DNA of 64,000 nucleotides from Plasmodiophora brassicae (Eukaryota): NCBI GenBank assembly GCA_036867785.1, contig CP145409.1, positions 1,426,001 to 1,490,000 of the forward strand, read 5' to 3'. Shown piece by piece: positions 37,829 to 50,727 of this stretch (position 1 is its first letter; each line of letters starts with the position of its first letter). The notes under the pieces were generated by a model. It saw only the letters and a program-made list of their open reading frames with translations, ran no database searches and was not told where the DNA came from. The position numbers and the translations under genes were made by a program.

Positions 37829-38030
37829 CGTGTACCAGACGCGCGCACAGCAATGACGTTCCGAAGACGGTGGCAACCACGCAGTCCGCCACGGACTCGC
37901 CATATACGGCCGGCGCCCTAATCTTGCTCCTCGACGGGTACCACACTCTGCAGCGCTGCTGACCCTGACCGCATGCAATAGAATATACTTATACTGTAGT
38001 TGACTACGTAACGACCAGGTCGCGACTCGA

Positions 38031-41000
38031 CTACGCAGCCGGCCGGTCGCACTGCGACATGGACGATGCCGACTGGATGCGACGCAGGGCCGACGGGGCC
38101 GATTTGCCGCTCAAGTGCGCCCGGATCAGCCTCGTCAGCGACGTCCGCTCGTCGTGCGCACCGGGCGGCGTGTCTGCGTCGTCTGCCGTTGCCGCTGAGC
38201 TGCCGGGCAGACACACCCGTTTGATTGCAGCCGGATCAGAGGCCGGATCGGTGTCGTCGGCGGCCGCCAGCGAGACAATCGCGTCGCTACCGGCGAACAG
38301 CGACTGGAACACGTGGGCGATGCCCTCGACATGAGCATGGGCGGCATCGCGGTCGCTGGGCAGGTGTAGGCGGGCGGTAAAGTCGTAGAACGCCCAGTCG
38401 CCCTGTGTCGTCATCTGCCCGCCCGTCATGCGCAACCCCATCTTGGACATGTGCACGGCGATATCGGCCAGCAGCGACGGACGATGGCGCCCGGCGATGC
38501 TGAGCGCAACCAGGCGCCCGGCACCGCTGAAATCGTCGTGGTCCAGACGTGGTACGAGGGCGTTGCGGTCGGACAGCGATCGGGACCCGAGGGGCGCGTC
38601 GACGTACGATCGGTCGGCGGCGGCGTAACGCATGCGGTCGACGGCCTCCAGCAGAGCCCGCTCGATACTGTAGTGGTTGACGATCATGGACAGGGCCGGC
38701 CACGTGGATCGCTGCCCGCACCGAATGCAGTCCTGGATGCTGGACTCGGTCGGGTTCGACATGACATCTGCCAGTACCCCGGGTTGGCCGTCACAAACGG
38801 ATGGTGCAGAGCAAGGCCTGCCCCGCAATGGACGTACTCATGTAGTCCTTGAACCCGTTGCGCAGGTCGGGCACAATGGTGACGTCGCCGCTGTAGATCT
38901 GGTTGATGACCGGCACCTATGCCAGGGAACGCCCACCGCACTGTCAATCCAAACATGACGCAGCGCCGAGGGGTGTGCACCCGTTCGTACCAGGAATTCC
39001 AGAATGCGCGGCGCCAGGCCCAGGTCGGCCGCCTGCAGGCACCGGTGGTGGATCTCCGATTTCATGAACACTGTTCGGGCGGGCACAATATCAACGTGAC
39101 GGTGGGGGGGTGTGGCCGGGCAGGCGCGCGTCCGGCGACCCTACCCGAGAACTTGTTGCACAGCGACTGAATTGCGGTCTGCTCCGCCGGGTGCGCCGTC
39201 TCCTGCTTCTGCAGGCCTTTGACGAACGGGATCACGTACGGGTTCACCTGCGACACGATCGTGTAGTTGCAGCCGAACAGCTCGCTGAGTTCGTCCTGTG
39301 CGCGCACAACCGCCCCCCGTTAGGCAGGCTGTCGGTGTGCACGCCCATGGGCGTGACTGCGAATCGACGCACAATGGGCAGGTCGTTCAGGTAGGACCCG
39401 TCGACGTACTGCTGGGCGGTCGGCTCGAACGGTACCAGGTCGCCGTCGTGTGACTTGGCGAGGATGGTGACGGGTTTGAACAGGCCCGGCACGGCGCAGG
39501 AGGCGCACGCGGCCGACCAGACGACGACCCGCGGCGCTGTCAGATGGTTCAGCAGCCGGGTGCCCTTCTTCAGGCGGGTCGCATGCGACACGGTCACATT
39601 CAGCGTACGACCTGATCGTACGGCGGTCAACGTCAGAGCAGTGACGCGTTGGAACAGAACCCGCAGCGTACCTGTACGCTGGTACGCCTCCTGGAACGTG
39701 ACATCGCCGATCAGCTCGACGCAGCACCGTTTAACATTGGCAATGTCGAGGACGACACCTTCGCGCAGCAGTCTGCACGTGCACATGACAACCAGGTCGG
39801 AATACGAACGACGACGGAGAAGATATCGTTCCAGGCGGGTTGTCACCTGCGGATCTTGCTGAGGACATTGTCGGACTCGCCAAAGAAGTCCAGCTTCATA
39901 GAGGCGCCGGTCTCAAACAGGGTGGCAACCTCGTCGTCGGTCCGCACGCCGATGATACATGCAACTAGTGATCATGCAGATGTCAGGGCGGGCGCGCGCC
40001 GACCCGGTGGAGAGACAGGGAGCAATCGCGTACTCAGGGCACCGGCTGACGACCCGGCAATGAGACGGGGCAGAAGATGCGCCTGGGCAAGCGCCTTGAC
40101 GACGCCGAGATGGTACAGGCCGAACATGGCACCGCCCGACAGGAGCAGCGCCGTATGGCCGTACAGGTGCCGGATCTCTACCCCCCATGCCATGCACTGT
40201 CAGCACGATCGCCAATCAGTCATCGTCCGCTGGCCGACCTCGGCAGAACGCCAGGCGCTGGCCGATGGACATTGCCGGTGATTTCGACTGAACGAGATGG
40301 TCGATACAGGTCAGGACCTGCTTCACGTAGCTGATCGAGACACAACGGATCAGCAGGCAGGCGGGTTGCCACAGGGTCCCCCACACCGTACTCCTCGACG
40401 AGATGCTTGGTGCCGACATGGGTATGCTCGTACAGCTGCACGTTCTCCAGGCCTGTAGTACATCGGCAGACGCGTCGTCAGCGGGCGTACCAGGGCGCGT
40501 CATCGGGCCGGTGACGCGCCTGCAAAGTTTCGGTGCAGGGAGTTGCGCAGGTGATACGAGATGGCGTGCAGGTCGTCATGGGCGTGCGCCTCCCGCAGAT
40601 GCTCCACCGTCATCTGCATTGCAGCCAGCAATCAGCGATCATCGTGTCGTATCTGGCCCCGGGCATCTATAGGCCGTGCCTGCACGAGGGCGTGGTCGTA
40701 GAATGGCGACTCGTCCTTGACCTTCCATAGCTCGCGATTCTCCAGCGCATCCAGCATGACGGCGGCCTGCATCCACTGGTCGTACGTCTCCGCCTGCATC
40801 ATGTCGTCGCGCAGCGTCTCGATCTTGCGCTGCCGATCGGTGGCCAGCGTCGCTTCGTACCGCCTCTGGGTGTGCCTGCCTCGGTTAGTCGTGCCCGTCC
40901 ATGCCGGCGGCGACTACTGCCGCGTGCATAAGGGTACCCTGTGGCGCGCATCGGCCATGGTCGACGATGTGCCGGGCGTCAGTGGCGGCGACGCATTGAA

Positions 41001-41337
41001 CGACGGCATCCACGACGACATGTTGCCGCGCCGGGCCCGGCCACAGCGCTGACAGTCCGGGCGCGGGTGGTGGTGCCACGCAGCAGGTGGCGGCGGCGTA
41101 CGCGACCAGCACCGGGCGCTGATGAATGGGTGGATGGATGGATGGATGGCCCTGCCGACGCCGTCCCTGCCGATATGGACCTGTGACTCGCTCGACGAGG
41201 CGTCGCACAGCAGGTGACGGGTCGGGGTCGGCGTCTCGACTGCGGCCGGGACCCGGGGGAGGGGCGGGGGCCCGCGGGTTGCGCCCTTCACCTCTCTGTC
41301 CAGGCCAGGGCCGACATGGTATTGTCATAAATACCAT
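38031..41337 (-). CDS. Patatin-like triacylglycerol lipase (SDP1/TGL3-5 family) with C-terminal ACT-like domain; multi-exon, start uncertain
   Basis: [18 protein letters not shown]...ESPFYD (DUF3336-like); [60 protein letters not shown]. Confidence 0.88.
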
Positions 41338-41435
41338 GCGCACGTCCACGACACGCATTCATCGTCGACGTGTATGGGCTGATGATGATGCGGGCAGCGC
41401 CGCGCACCCTGTACGTGCTGGTAGGGCAGCGCCGC

Positions 41436-44027
41436 CTACAGGGCCGACGTGTCGTGGACACTCTTGTGCCAGAGCGGGTTGCCTGGGTACCCGAACTCGC
41501 TGCTATGCCGAGGCACAGTGTCGAACGGAGGACGCGCCGAGGTCGACGACGATGGGTGCTGGCCGACGTCGTCTGCTTGTCGGCGATGCGGGTCCACCCA
41601 AGGCTCCATCAGCTCTGCGGCACACGACACGGTGGTCAGGCGTCACCAGGTTCATGCCTGCCAGTATCGATCGGTGCCCGCAGCGTACCTTGGGAACGCG
41701 CTGGGCTGGGTCGTACCAGGTCCTGACGAGCGTGCGTATGTAACGAGAAGCCGCTGGGCGTCAGCCATCGCCGCCGACTGCGCTCGAGCTCGGTCCGCTG
41801 ACGTTCGGCGGGCGTCATATCGGGGATGGCGCCCAGGAACACGAACTGGTCGGCGTTGCGCACGTACATGGCGTCGGGATCGGCCTGGCGGCGCAGTTCG
41901 CCCAGGTACCACTGCACGTACGATCGCGCTTGCCCGCTGTACCGGTAGATGGTGCCCCATGGCGGCAACGGCTGTGCCAAGCGCTGCTGCCGGCGTCTGG
42001 TCATCGTCGTGGACGCTGCCGTGCAGGCAGCGTCTCCGGGGTCCTTGCCGGTCGTGTCCATTGTAGTCGTCGCAGGCCCGCGCTTGGCAAGGCACTGGGC
42101 GGCGCGTTCGCACACGTCCTGGATGGATCGGTTCCTGTCGGCATCAGTGATGCAAGTCGACAGGGCTGTCCAGGTGGGCGGTTGAACGGGAGCTGGACGG
42201 GGACGACCAAACGCATCCTGCTCGGTGATCGGTCCGCCCAGCGTTTTCTCGACAGCGGCCACTTCGTCGACCGTTGGGAACATGCCGCCATACTTGGCAC
42301 GTTCCAGACGGCGACACGCGCACAGGTCCAGCACCTTACTGATGGCGCGGTGGGTTGCCGACATGGCTGACGGGTCGTCGTTGTGCCGCCGGACATAAAG
42401 TGGCGTCCGGTTCTGCAGAGAAGCGAATGATGTACGCAGGCGTATGCTCTTCAGGGAGGCATTGAACGCGGCGTACAGGCGCGTGCTAAACGAGACCAGG
42501 TCATTGGAGAGGACAATGGGCCAGGATTCCGCACTAGAGGAACGGTCAGACAGAGTCAGGGAGGCGCGCAGAAGCGAGAGACACAGACCGCTGGAATCTG
42601 GAGGCGATCTGCTGCATTGTGGCACTCTGGCGGATGCCTTCGAGAACGATGACACGCACCCGCCCATCGGTCAGTTGGATGCCCGTGACGATATCGTTGG
42701 ATGGGTCGAGACGCACATCTGCGTTCCCTTGGAATCGTATAGAATTAACAGCAGCAGCAGGCACTTGCAGGGCGGACGCATTGCACATCGTCATACGCGA
42801 TACGATCCAGTCGAACCTGTCGGCGTCCTCGTAAGGAATCTGCACGACCAGCCGCATGTATGGCAACGGGTACTCGTGCGCCATCGGTGGCCCCAGCCGG
42901 CCTCCACAACAAATGCGCATTGTCACTACCAAGCCAGCGCCGGATTTCACATCTTGCACTTCGTGATGGACTCCTTCCTGATGGGGCTGGGCCGTATCCT
43001 GAGAACTTGGTGACGCCGTTGCACCTGGAGTGTGCGGATCCGCTTCCTGCTGCTGCTGACTTGGCAGACTTCTGTGTGGTCGACGGCCCGTGCCAGTCAG
43101 TTTCTCCAGATGCACATCGAAGGTGACCTGCTGGCAACCGCCAATGCAATCGGATAGGTCGGCCTGACCAATGCCCATGCACGCGGTGCCTTCAGGTTGG
43201 CCACCAGAGACCGGCGAAGTTCCTGACCGGCTGACACGGATCAGGCAACGGTCCCGTTCAAACAGCGATACCAGATCCGAAGATGTCCCAGCGGGAATTC
43301 GGATCAAAGAATGGCGAGGATTGTTCCATCGTCCGCGCTCATTGCTCGGTGACAATGTGGACGACCACGATGGCTCGCCGGGCCATTTCACATGCCCAAT
43401 TAGGCCGGGTTCTGGCCGGCCACATGAATCGTACACTTTCACGAGTCGAACCTCCACGGAACGAAGATCAGACAGCATCGTCGCTGGCAACATCGGCCCC
43501 AGTTCCGATCGTATAACGCCAATGAACGACAGAGGCAGTCCAGGGACAGGAACCTCCACAGCGCCGCCTAGCATCATGCTCGACAGGGCAACGACAACGC
43601 TGGGACCCGCCGTCGTATATGTAGGAGGTTTGCCGCCTTGGGCGCGTTCGACAACGAATTCAGCGTATGGATTCTTGATCAGTGAGTCCAGCAGGGCGGC
43701 ATCCACATGACCAACGGAATAGATAGTCATGTTAAGAGACGCCGTGGCCCAAGTCGACAGTAACGCTGACTAATTCAACACAGAGTACTGAGATGACCAG
43801 ACGCGTATTAATAGCACTACGGGACGGCAACTAACCTCTTGCCACGTCGTGGAGCCCCACAGTCGAACCTTAATGCGATAATCAAATCCATCTGCACCCG
43901 TGTGTATCAGTGCACAGAATCCTGCTGCGAAACGTCGCGGCAAACCTGCAACATGCGCTCCGGAAACAGATGCCTGTAGTGTCAAACGGACTGGATACAG
44001 GCTGGTCTGCTTATCGGGCGCATCCAT
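41436..44027 (-). CDS. Uncharacterised protein, possibly CFAP92/KIAA1257-like; multi-exon
   Basis: Long minus-strand ORFs. DIVTGIQLTDGRVRVIVLEGI, MFPTVDEV and IYRYSGQ recall that family from memory only. Confidence 0.45.
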
Positions 44028-44292
44028 ATCGACAACAGCTAACAGCGTTAACTAAGATACTTGCCAGATCATAGTGATCGCAAAGTACAGATGACGAATC
44101 TTATGAGGATCCGTCAAGTAATGCATTGGGTAGGTAATCCAAATTGCGTTCCACGTAAAGTCAATTGTCAACGTACGTATACGCAGGAATGGTCACACAC
44201 AACCCAGGGCCTGAGTATTGGACCAGTTAATGCTTCCATCAGGTTATAATGGGCTGTACAAAGCACCTCCACCAGAGGAGGCGGGATAGTTT

Positions 44293-44771
44293 AGGGCCCG
44301 TCTGGCAACCGGAAAAATCGTCATTTTTTGCCCAAAAAAGACATTTTTCTCCGTAAAAATGACACTTCTTGAAAAATGACATTTTCGCAGCGTCTGGTAA
44401 ACCATCTTCCGATTTTGGAAAACGCCGTTTTTCGAGATTGAGCTCTGAGCTCAATTTCGAAAAATGACATTTTGAAGCGAGCGCCAATGCCGGACGCGTG
44501 TTGGGCGACCATGGCCCAATGGGCCTGCTTCATTTAGGCGATCGGAGGCCGCGTCGCCTAAATTACCTAAACAAAACTCCGACGGCGCGCCTAAATCAAA
44601 GTTTTTTGCGAGGTGTTCGTACCAGCGACTACGTCGAGGCGAATGACGGGCGGTTAGGCTTCAGGGTATCCTCTCGGGCGCCGAATAGCAACCAGGTCCA
44701 TGGTCTACAATGCCGTTTCTGCATCGCCTTTGGCCGCGAGGAGAAGGTGGGCGCCAAGCGCAAGCCTTCGA
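44293..44771 (+). mobile_element. Probable DNA-transposon end(s) and transposase-like N-terminal fragment, cut by an LTR
   Basis: AT-rich block with recurring AAAATGACA. Reading frame LQCRFCIAFGREEKVGAKRKPS stops at the LTR at 44772. Confidence 0.35.
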
Positions 44772-45946
44772 TGTCACGACTATACGACGACGCGTTGACC
44801 GACTGCCGTCGGTCCCCGCTCGCACGGACTTTATTCCGGCGCCGACTTGCTATGTCGACGCCTGACACTACGACTGTCCTGTCAACGGGAAGTTTTCCGG
44901 CGCCGTTGTGCGGGCCCAGGTTTCGCCGGATGGAGAGTGTGGAACTCGGCTATTGCTTGATCCATTCCTCCCGTGCCACGAAGCGTTCCGGCCGGTTCCC
45001 ATGTCCGCTCGGACGGCGGGTAGCCCTGCCAGTCGATGAAATACTGGAGACGCCCCCGCTGGTACCTCGAGTCCAGGATGTTTTTGACTAGGTAGAGGGG
45101 TTCCGCCTCCCCGTCGACCACGATAGGGTCCGGTGGCGGCTGGTGGCGTCCGGGTATGACACTGGCAACGTACGGTTCCAGAAGGGACGCATGGAACACA
45201 TTGTGGATCCGACAGCTCGTCGGCAGCTCGAGCTCGTAGGCAACGGCGTTGACGACTTTCGCTACGGGATATGGACCTAACATGCGGACGTCGAGTTTGT
45301 CGCAAGGTCGGCCCGTTCGTAAAGCCCCCTTTCGAAGCATGACGAGATCGCCGGGCTTGTATGGCGTGTGCGGGCTGCGACGAGCATCGGCGAACCGCTT
45401 CATCGCGTGGGCCGCGTTGGACAGGTTCTGCTTTAGCACTGTGCGTAGCGTGTGCAGGAAATCCGCGCGCTCGTCCGCTGACGGATTCGAAGATGCGGAG
45501 GTTCGCGGTCGTAGATCGTGGAACGCCGGGTGATACCCGTAGTTGGCGAAGAACGGGGACATCCCTGTCGATGAATGACAGGCGTCATTGTACGCGAACT
45601 CGGCGATGGGCAACCAAGAGGCCCAATCATCCTGCTGGAAATTGACGTAGGTTCGCAGGTACTGCTCGAGGATCTGGTCGACTCGCTCCGTTTGGCCATC
45701 CGATTCTGGGTGACGCGCACAAGACAAGTTCCGCTGGACGCCGAGCCGGGTCAGCAGTTGCTTCCAGAACTTCGATATGAACTGGGGTCCCCTGTCAGAG
45801 ACGATGTCGGTCGGCAGGCCGTGCAAACGGAAGATGTTGCAGAGGAACAGGTCCGCCAGTTGGGCCGCCGTCGTCGACTCGTTACATGGAATGAAGTGTG
45901 CCATCTTGGAAAAACGATCGACGACTACCAATATTGAATCGAACCC

Positions 45947-48635
45947 TAGGGGTCGGCGCGGTTTGGTTTGGTTTGAACCGGTTTTTTGGATGGCCGAACC
46001 GAACTAAACCAAACCGAACTATATCTAAGAGCTACAAACCGGAACCAAACCGAACCGGGGCTCCGAAACCGAAACCGAAACCAACGAACCATGGTTTACT
46101 GCAGTCACGACAGGATGGGTTCGCAATGGTCCCTAATCTAACTCCTTGAGAAGAAGGTCGATGACATCGTCCGTATCGGCGAGGTCATGTTGCTGCCTGG
46201 CGTCCAGCTTGTCCATCCTTTCGCGAAACGCTGCGTTGAGGTCGTTTGGAACCTCAGTCTTGAGCTGTCGGAAGAGGTCCAGCCACGACCGACAACACAT
46301 CTCTGCTTTAAACATTGTACTCGCCAATGACTCGCGTCCATCGTAGGCGCGTCCGCCTTCGCTGTTGGCGCGCTCGGATGGAATGGAGGTCGCCGGAATG
46401 GCAAGGTAGTCCATTGCCATGGCATATAGTCGCCTATACTTCTTGCGGTTGTTATGCCACCAGTTGATGATGTCCGCTTGACAAGGCTGCATATTCTCGT
46501 TTACAGCCGCTACAAACAGCGAGAACTCCTTGTCAATGCCTTCCAAGGAGGTCCTACAGATAGAATGTCAGTGACAAGAATAAGTACCGAAATCAATAGG
46601 TTTCGACGTACGCTTCAGCACTATAGCCGGCATCATTCCATAAATCGTCATCTGTTTCAGGTACAGCAACCGGTTCTTCTTCAACGTCAGACAGAACGCT
46701 GTAGGTAAGCAGGTCCAGTTTGACAATCAGAGTTTTGGTCTTGGTGAGCAATGGCCCTTCGGTCTTCTCATTACGGGGATCGAGGAACATGGCGATCAGA
46801 GCAGCGTCCGAATTCAAGTGCGGGCCATACTTCCGGTGATAGTCCAGGATCCTCGGTATCGCATCGCGCATCACGTTGCCGCCTTCACACGTTCCGATGA
46901 ATTCCCTGCAATGCGCGAGCATCTTGTCGTTCGCCCGGACAGCCTCAGACAGCGTTGGGTACGATTCTCCGCCAAGAAAAGTGGTAATCCTCGCTGGCAA
47001 TTCTAGAAACAAAGAAACGTGGTGCAAGTGCAGACAATCTTCATCGGTCAGACGATGATCGGCAAGGTCCACTTTACACTGTGCGTGCTTGGCAATCACG
47101 TCAAGAGCAGGCTACAATGCAAGGCACTGCTTGATCATGGTATGTGTCGAGTTGAAGCGCGTGCAACAATCCGTGCAAGGCGGCTCATATTCCTTGTCGA
47201 GTAAGCCCTTGCAGACGGATCGGAATACAGCACGTCTGACCTTGCTGACGCGTATGGTCGACAGAAGCCCACGAAGGCGCGCCAAAGAGAGGGCGATGAC
47301 ATCGACGGCAGACTTGACGCCAAGCTGCAGTGTATGCATCGCGCACCGCAGGAGATTTCTTGGTTCAACGATACGACGGCCAGATGATGCCATCGTCGAC
47401 GATACATACTCAGCAGCAGCGACGGCATCTGAGCCGTTATTGTTCACCAACAAAAGAATCTTGCCATCGATTTGGAACTCTGACAGTCGTTCACAAATCG
47501 CAGTGCCAATCCGTTTACCCGCCCCTTTCCCAGGATCGATGTAAGCAAAATCAAGAAGGCAAGTCAGAAGAAGACCACGGTGTCTATCCAGTGGCATGCG
47601 AAAGGATACAAGCCCTGCAACCTGGGATTCGACCATCCATCGAATGTTGCGCTGATCTTCGAAGACAGGGTCGCAAAATATTCGATCAACATGGCACGAA
47701 GAATGAAATACAGTTTAAGAATCCCCCGCTTGACAGTGCGGGCTGACTTCGGTTCGAATCCAGGACAGAGTGTGCGAGAGTACTCGCGGAACGATTCGTC
47801 TTCCGATAGAGTATGGACGTCTCCACGACGGATGATATACTTCACGACAGCCGCATCGTTTGTCGCCACGCGATGCGACGGCAACGTTGTCGACGTGATG
47901 AGAGTCTGACGAGATGTACTGGTCTTTACACCATCCTCGAGGATACTGCTTCTGCTGCAGATGTTTCAAAATCGTGCCAGTCGACGTCGACATGGACCAA
48001 GTCAGGGCACAATGCTTACATTTGCGCCTCGTCCCATCATTCGATTCGCACCAATGGCTTTGATGCCATTTCTCCTGTGGGAGCGAGCGACGACGCTTCC
48101 GCGATTGAACGACGGTGCCTGATTCGACAACAGAAGCGACAACGGTGACGCTTTGGATTGCTTCGGAGCTGCCACGAGCAGCGGAAGAATCGGTCAGGGC
48201 GGTCCCAGAGCGAATGCTTGGGGGAATAAACTCGACACCAGTCTCAGACGATGGCGACAGATCGTGGTCGCTGACGTTCGCTCCATCTAGGCGATGACCA
48301 GGCATGACAGACACGAGAACAGAACCTCCTATATACGCTCCCAACGGCTTCGAACGCGATACAAAGACCGTGGTCGGGGCGCTGCGGGAGCGTGGACACT
48401 GTTCGGTGACTGCGCACGCCGCACGGGTTCCTGATTACTAGCGCATCTGTCATATATAGAGTCACCCAGTGAAAACCACGGTTCAAACCGGTTCCACCGG
48501 AGCCAAACCGGTTTTGTGCTGACCTCGAACCAAACTAAACCAAACCAAACCAACTGGGTCCCCCTGGAACCAAAACCGCGCAGTTTCGGTCTGGTTCACG
48601 GTTTCTGGTTCGAAACCAAACCGCGCCGACCCCTA
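45947..48635 (-). mobile_element. hAT DNA transposon
   Basis: TIR TAGGGGTCGGCGCGGTTTGGTTT / AAACCAAACCGCGCCGACCCCTA. Target duplication CGAACCC(T). Subterminal AAACCG/CGGTTT repeats. Its removal restores the integrase frame. Confidence 0.95.
46133..48305 (-). pseudogene. hAT transposase (BED finger, catalytic core, dimerisation domain) split across frames by introns and/or frameshifts
   Basis: KCKHC...TGTILKHL; ISATFDGWS; RCAMHTLQL; TRFNST; YPTLS; FLDPR; WWHNNRKKYRRLYAMAMDYLAIPATSIPSER. Confidence 0.85.
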
Positions 48636-48669
48636 CGAACCCTATGGATCGTGGAAGTTTGACGATGAA

Positions 48670-49410
48670 TGTTATGGCACGGCCGCGACGGGGGTCGCGC
48701 AGCCGCGCAGTTTGAATAAACGTCCACGGCAACCGACTGTGGAGACAATAGTCGTCCGTCGTGTCGTCTCCTGACATCTTAACCGACTTTAACCGTTCGT
48801 CACCGTCTTTCGTCGCCTCGTCTGTCGCCGTCTGCCGTCACCGTCTGTCGTCGCATCGTCTCTCCTCGTCTGTCGCCGTCTGTCGTCACCGTCTGTCGTC
48901 GCATCGTCTCTCTTTCGGCCTGTCCACCCCATTCGTTCTTCGATCGTGTACGTATCGATGACGGTCACGCGCTCCGGCTCGACGGGCTCGACGGCTGACG
49001 AAGCCAAGCACCCAACGACGCCTCCCTCTCCCATCGACCCAACGACCCTGGCCGATGTGGACGCCGCCGATCGCGCCCTCGCGGGTGCCTTACGGGCCTT
49101 CCAGATCCAACAGGATGCGTTCTTCATGGAAATGCGGGCTCGCGCTGAGGAGCAGCTGAAGATCTTTACCACCGCGCTCGCCAGTCCACACTCTACGCCG
49201 CCTACGCCCATGACCGATCCCTCGGCAACATCTGCTGAGCCGTCGTCACATCGCAACGATCCTGTTGTCACGACGACTAAGGTGTCGTTGAGCGAATTTT
49301 CCGGCAATTCCGACGACCTGCCGGCGAGCGAGTGGCTGGCGCTATTCGCTAGCATTGCCCGTGTCGATCTCTCGTCGACCCAGCCACTGTCAGCGAGCGC
49401 TCGCGCGCTC
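48670..49410 (+). mobile_element. 5' part of another LTR retrotransposon (candidate LTR 48670-48776, gag-like ORF from 48958)
   Basis: TGTTA...TGACA with internal AATAAA starts where integrase homology stops. ORF MTVTRSG...LSEFSGNSDDLPASEWL is gag-like. Confidence 0.55.
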
Positions 49411-49660
49411 CACTGGAAAAATAGAAGTGCCGAATTGGTGCCCGGACGTTCCCCGAGTGCCGATTGAAGTGCCGATTCCAGGGGCCAACAATAGGCAAGT
49501 GCCGATGAGGAGCCGGTGCGACACCTGGAGTGCCGAAATGGTGCCATCTGGTCCATCGTGCCAAAAATTGGGATGCCAGGATGATGGGCTTTTTTGCGAG
49601 CAGCCGGCGACTGCACGGTGCCACCTGAGCTGACACGTCTTTCGAGGTGCCGGCTCGGTA
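49411..49660 (+). mobile_element. Possible CACTA/EnSpm-like terminus
   Basis: CACTGGAAAAA followed by repeated GTGCCG(A) motifs. No partner end seen. Confidence 0.3.
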
Positions 49661-50056
49661 ATTCTCACCAACGCACCTTTATTTTCCGTCCCGACGGTGC
49701 CTCTCCACCACACATTGCCGAATGCGGGCCCGACGCTGCACCTCCACCACACACTAACGGGAAGGCGCGCGATCCGGATTCCGATCCGGGCTTCGACATC
49801 GACGACGAATTGGCACCCGCGTCCTCATTCTTCAAATGGATTCGTCGGCAGACGTATCCGTATTGTTGCAGGCATGACCGTGTACGAACGGTTTGCACGA
49901 TAAGACCTGCAATGTACCTGGTTTCTCGTGTCTACTCCAGGTATTGCTCCTGTATAACGTAACTATGGAGAACCAGGGAGGGCCCGGCGCCACGGCCTTT
50001 CAGGTACCGCTATAAATAGCCCCCCCACACACCCCTCCGTCCGCCTCGCCCCTGCC

Positions 50057-50488
50057 AATTTCACTGTCATATGAAACGGACGAATTTCACTGTCATATGA
50101 AACGGACGAATTTCACTGTCATATGAAACGGACGAATTTCACGAATTTCACTGTCATATGAAACGGACGAATTTCACTGTCATATGAAACGGACGAATTT
50201 CACTGTCATATGAAACGGACGAATTTCACTGTCATATGAAACGGACGAATGTCACTGTCATATGAAACGGACGATATTAGCAAATTCAATGTCATATAAA
50301 ACGGACGATATATCCTCGATCGGGACGCCTCCACACATGAAACGGACGAATTTCACTGTCATATGAAACGGACGAATTTCACTGTCATATGAACGGACGA
50401 ATTTCACTGTCATATGAAACGGACGATATTGGCAAATTCAATGTCATATAAAACGGACGATATATCCTCGATCGGGGCGCCTCCACAC
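50057..50488. repeat. 26-bp tandem array (AATTTCACTGTCATATGAAACGGACG), about 11 canonical units plus variants, with a higher-order duplication
   Basis: Directly visible. The block ATATT(A/G)GCAAATTCAATGTCATATAAAACGGACGATATATCCTCGATCGGG... occurs twice. Confidence 0.97.
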
Positions 50489-50727
50489 GCAAGCACCCAC
50501 CGAGAGGGCGGCTCGCCCCAACGACGCTAGAGCGAGGCGGGCACAATGTTGCAGGAACCGATCCGCGCAGCGAATCGGTAACGACATATCACCCGTGTCG
50601 CCAGTGATCACACTGCTGCAGGCTACGAGGTGACGTCACGCGTCCTTGCCAGTCGAATACTTTGTGACACAGTGCGTACCAGCGTCGACTGTGGTGACGC
50701 GTCATAACTCTAACGGGCCGACTAACG

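Larger units (their letters stand above)
44772..48669 (-). mobile_element. 3' fragment of a Ty3/gypsy element (integrase + chromodomain, ~96-bp LTR 44772-44867), interrupted by hAT
   Basis: FIVKLPRSIGF|DSILVVVDRFSKMAHF, IVSDRGPQF, HPESDGQTER, GPY, IHNVFHASLL, YFIDWQGYPPSERTWEP. Candidate LTR TGTCA...TGACA. Confidence 0.88.

Noticed and set aside
50057-50488. 26-bp repeat array as a CRISPR array
   Set aside because: Units are head-to-tail without unique spacers, there are no cas genes, and the context is eukaryotic.
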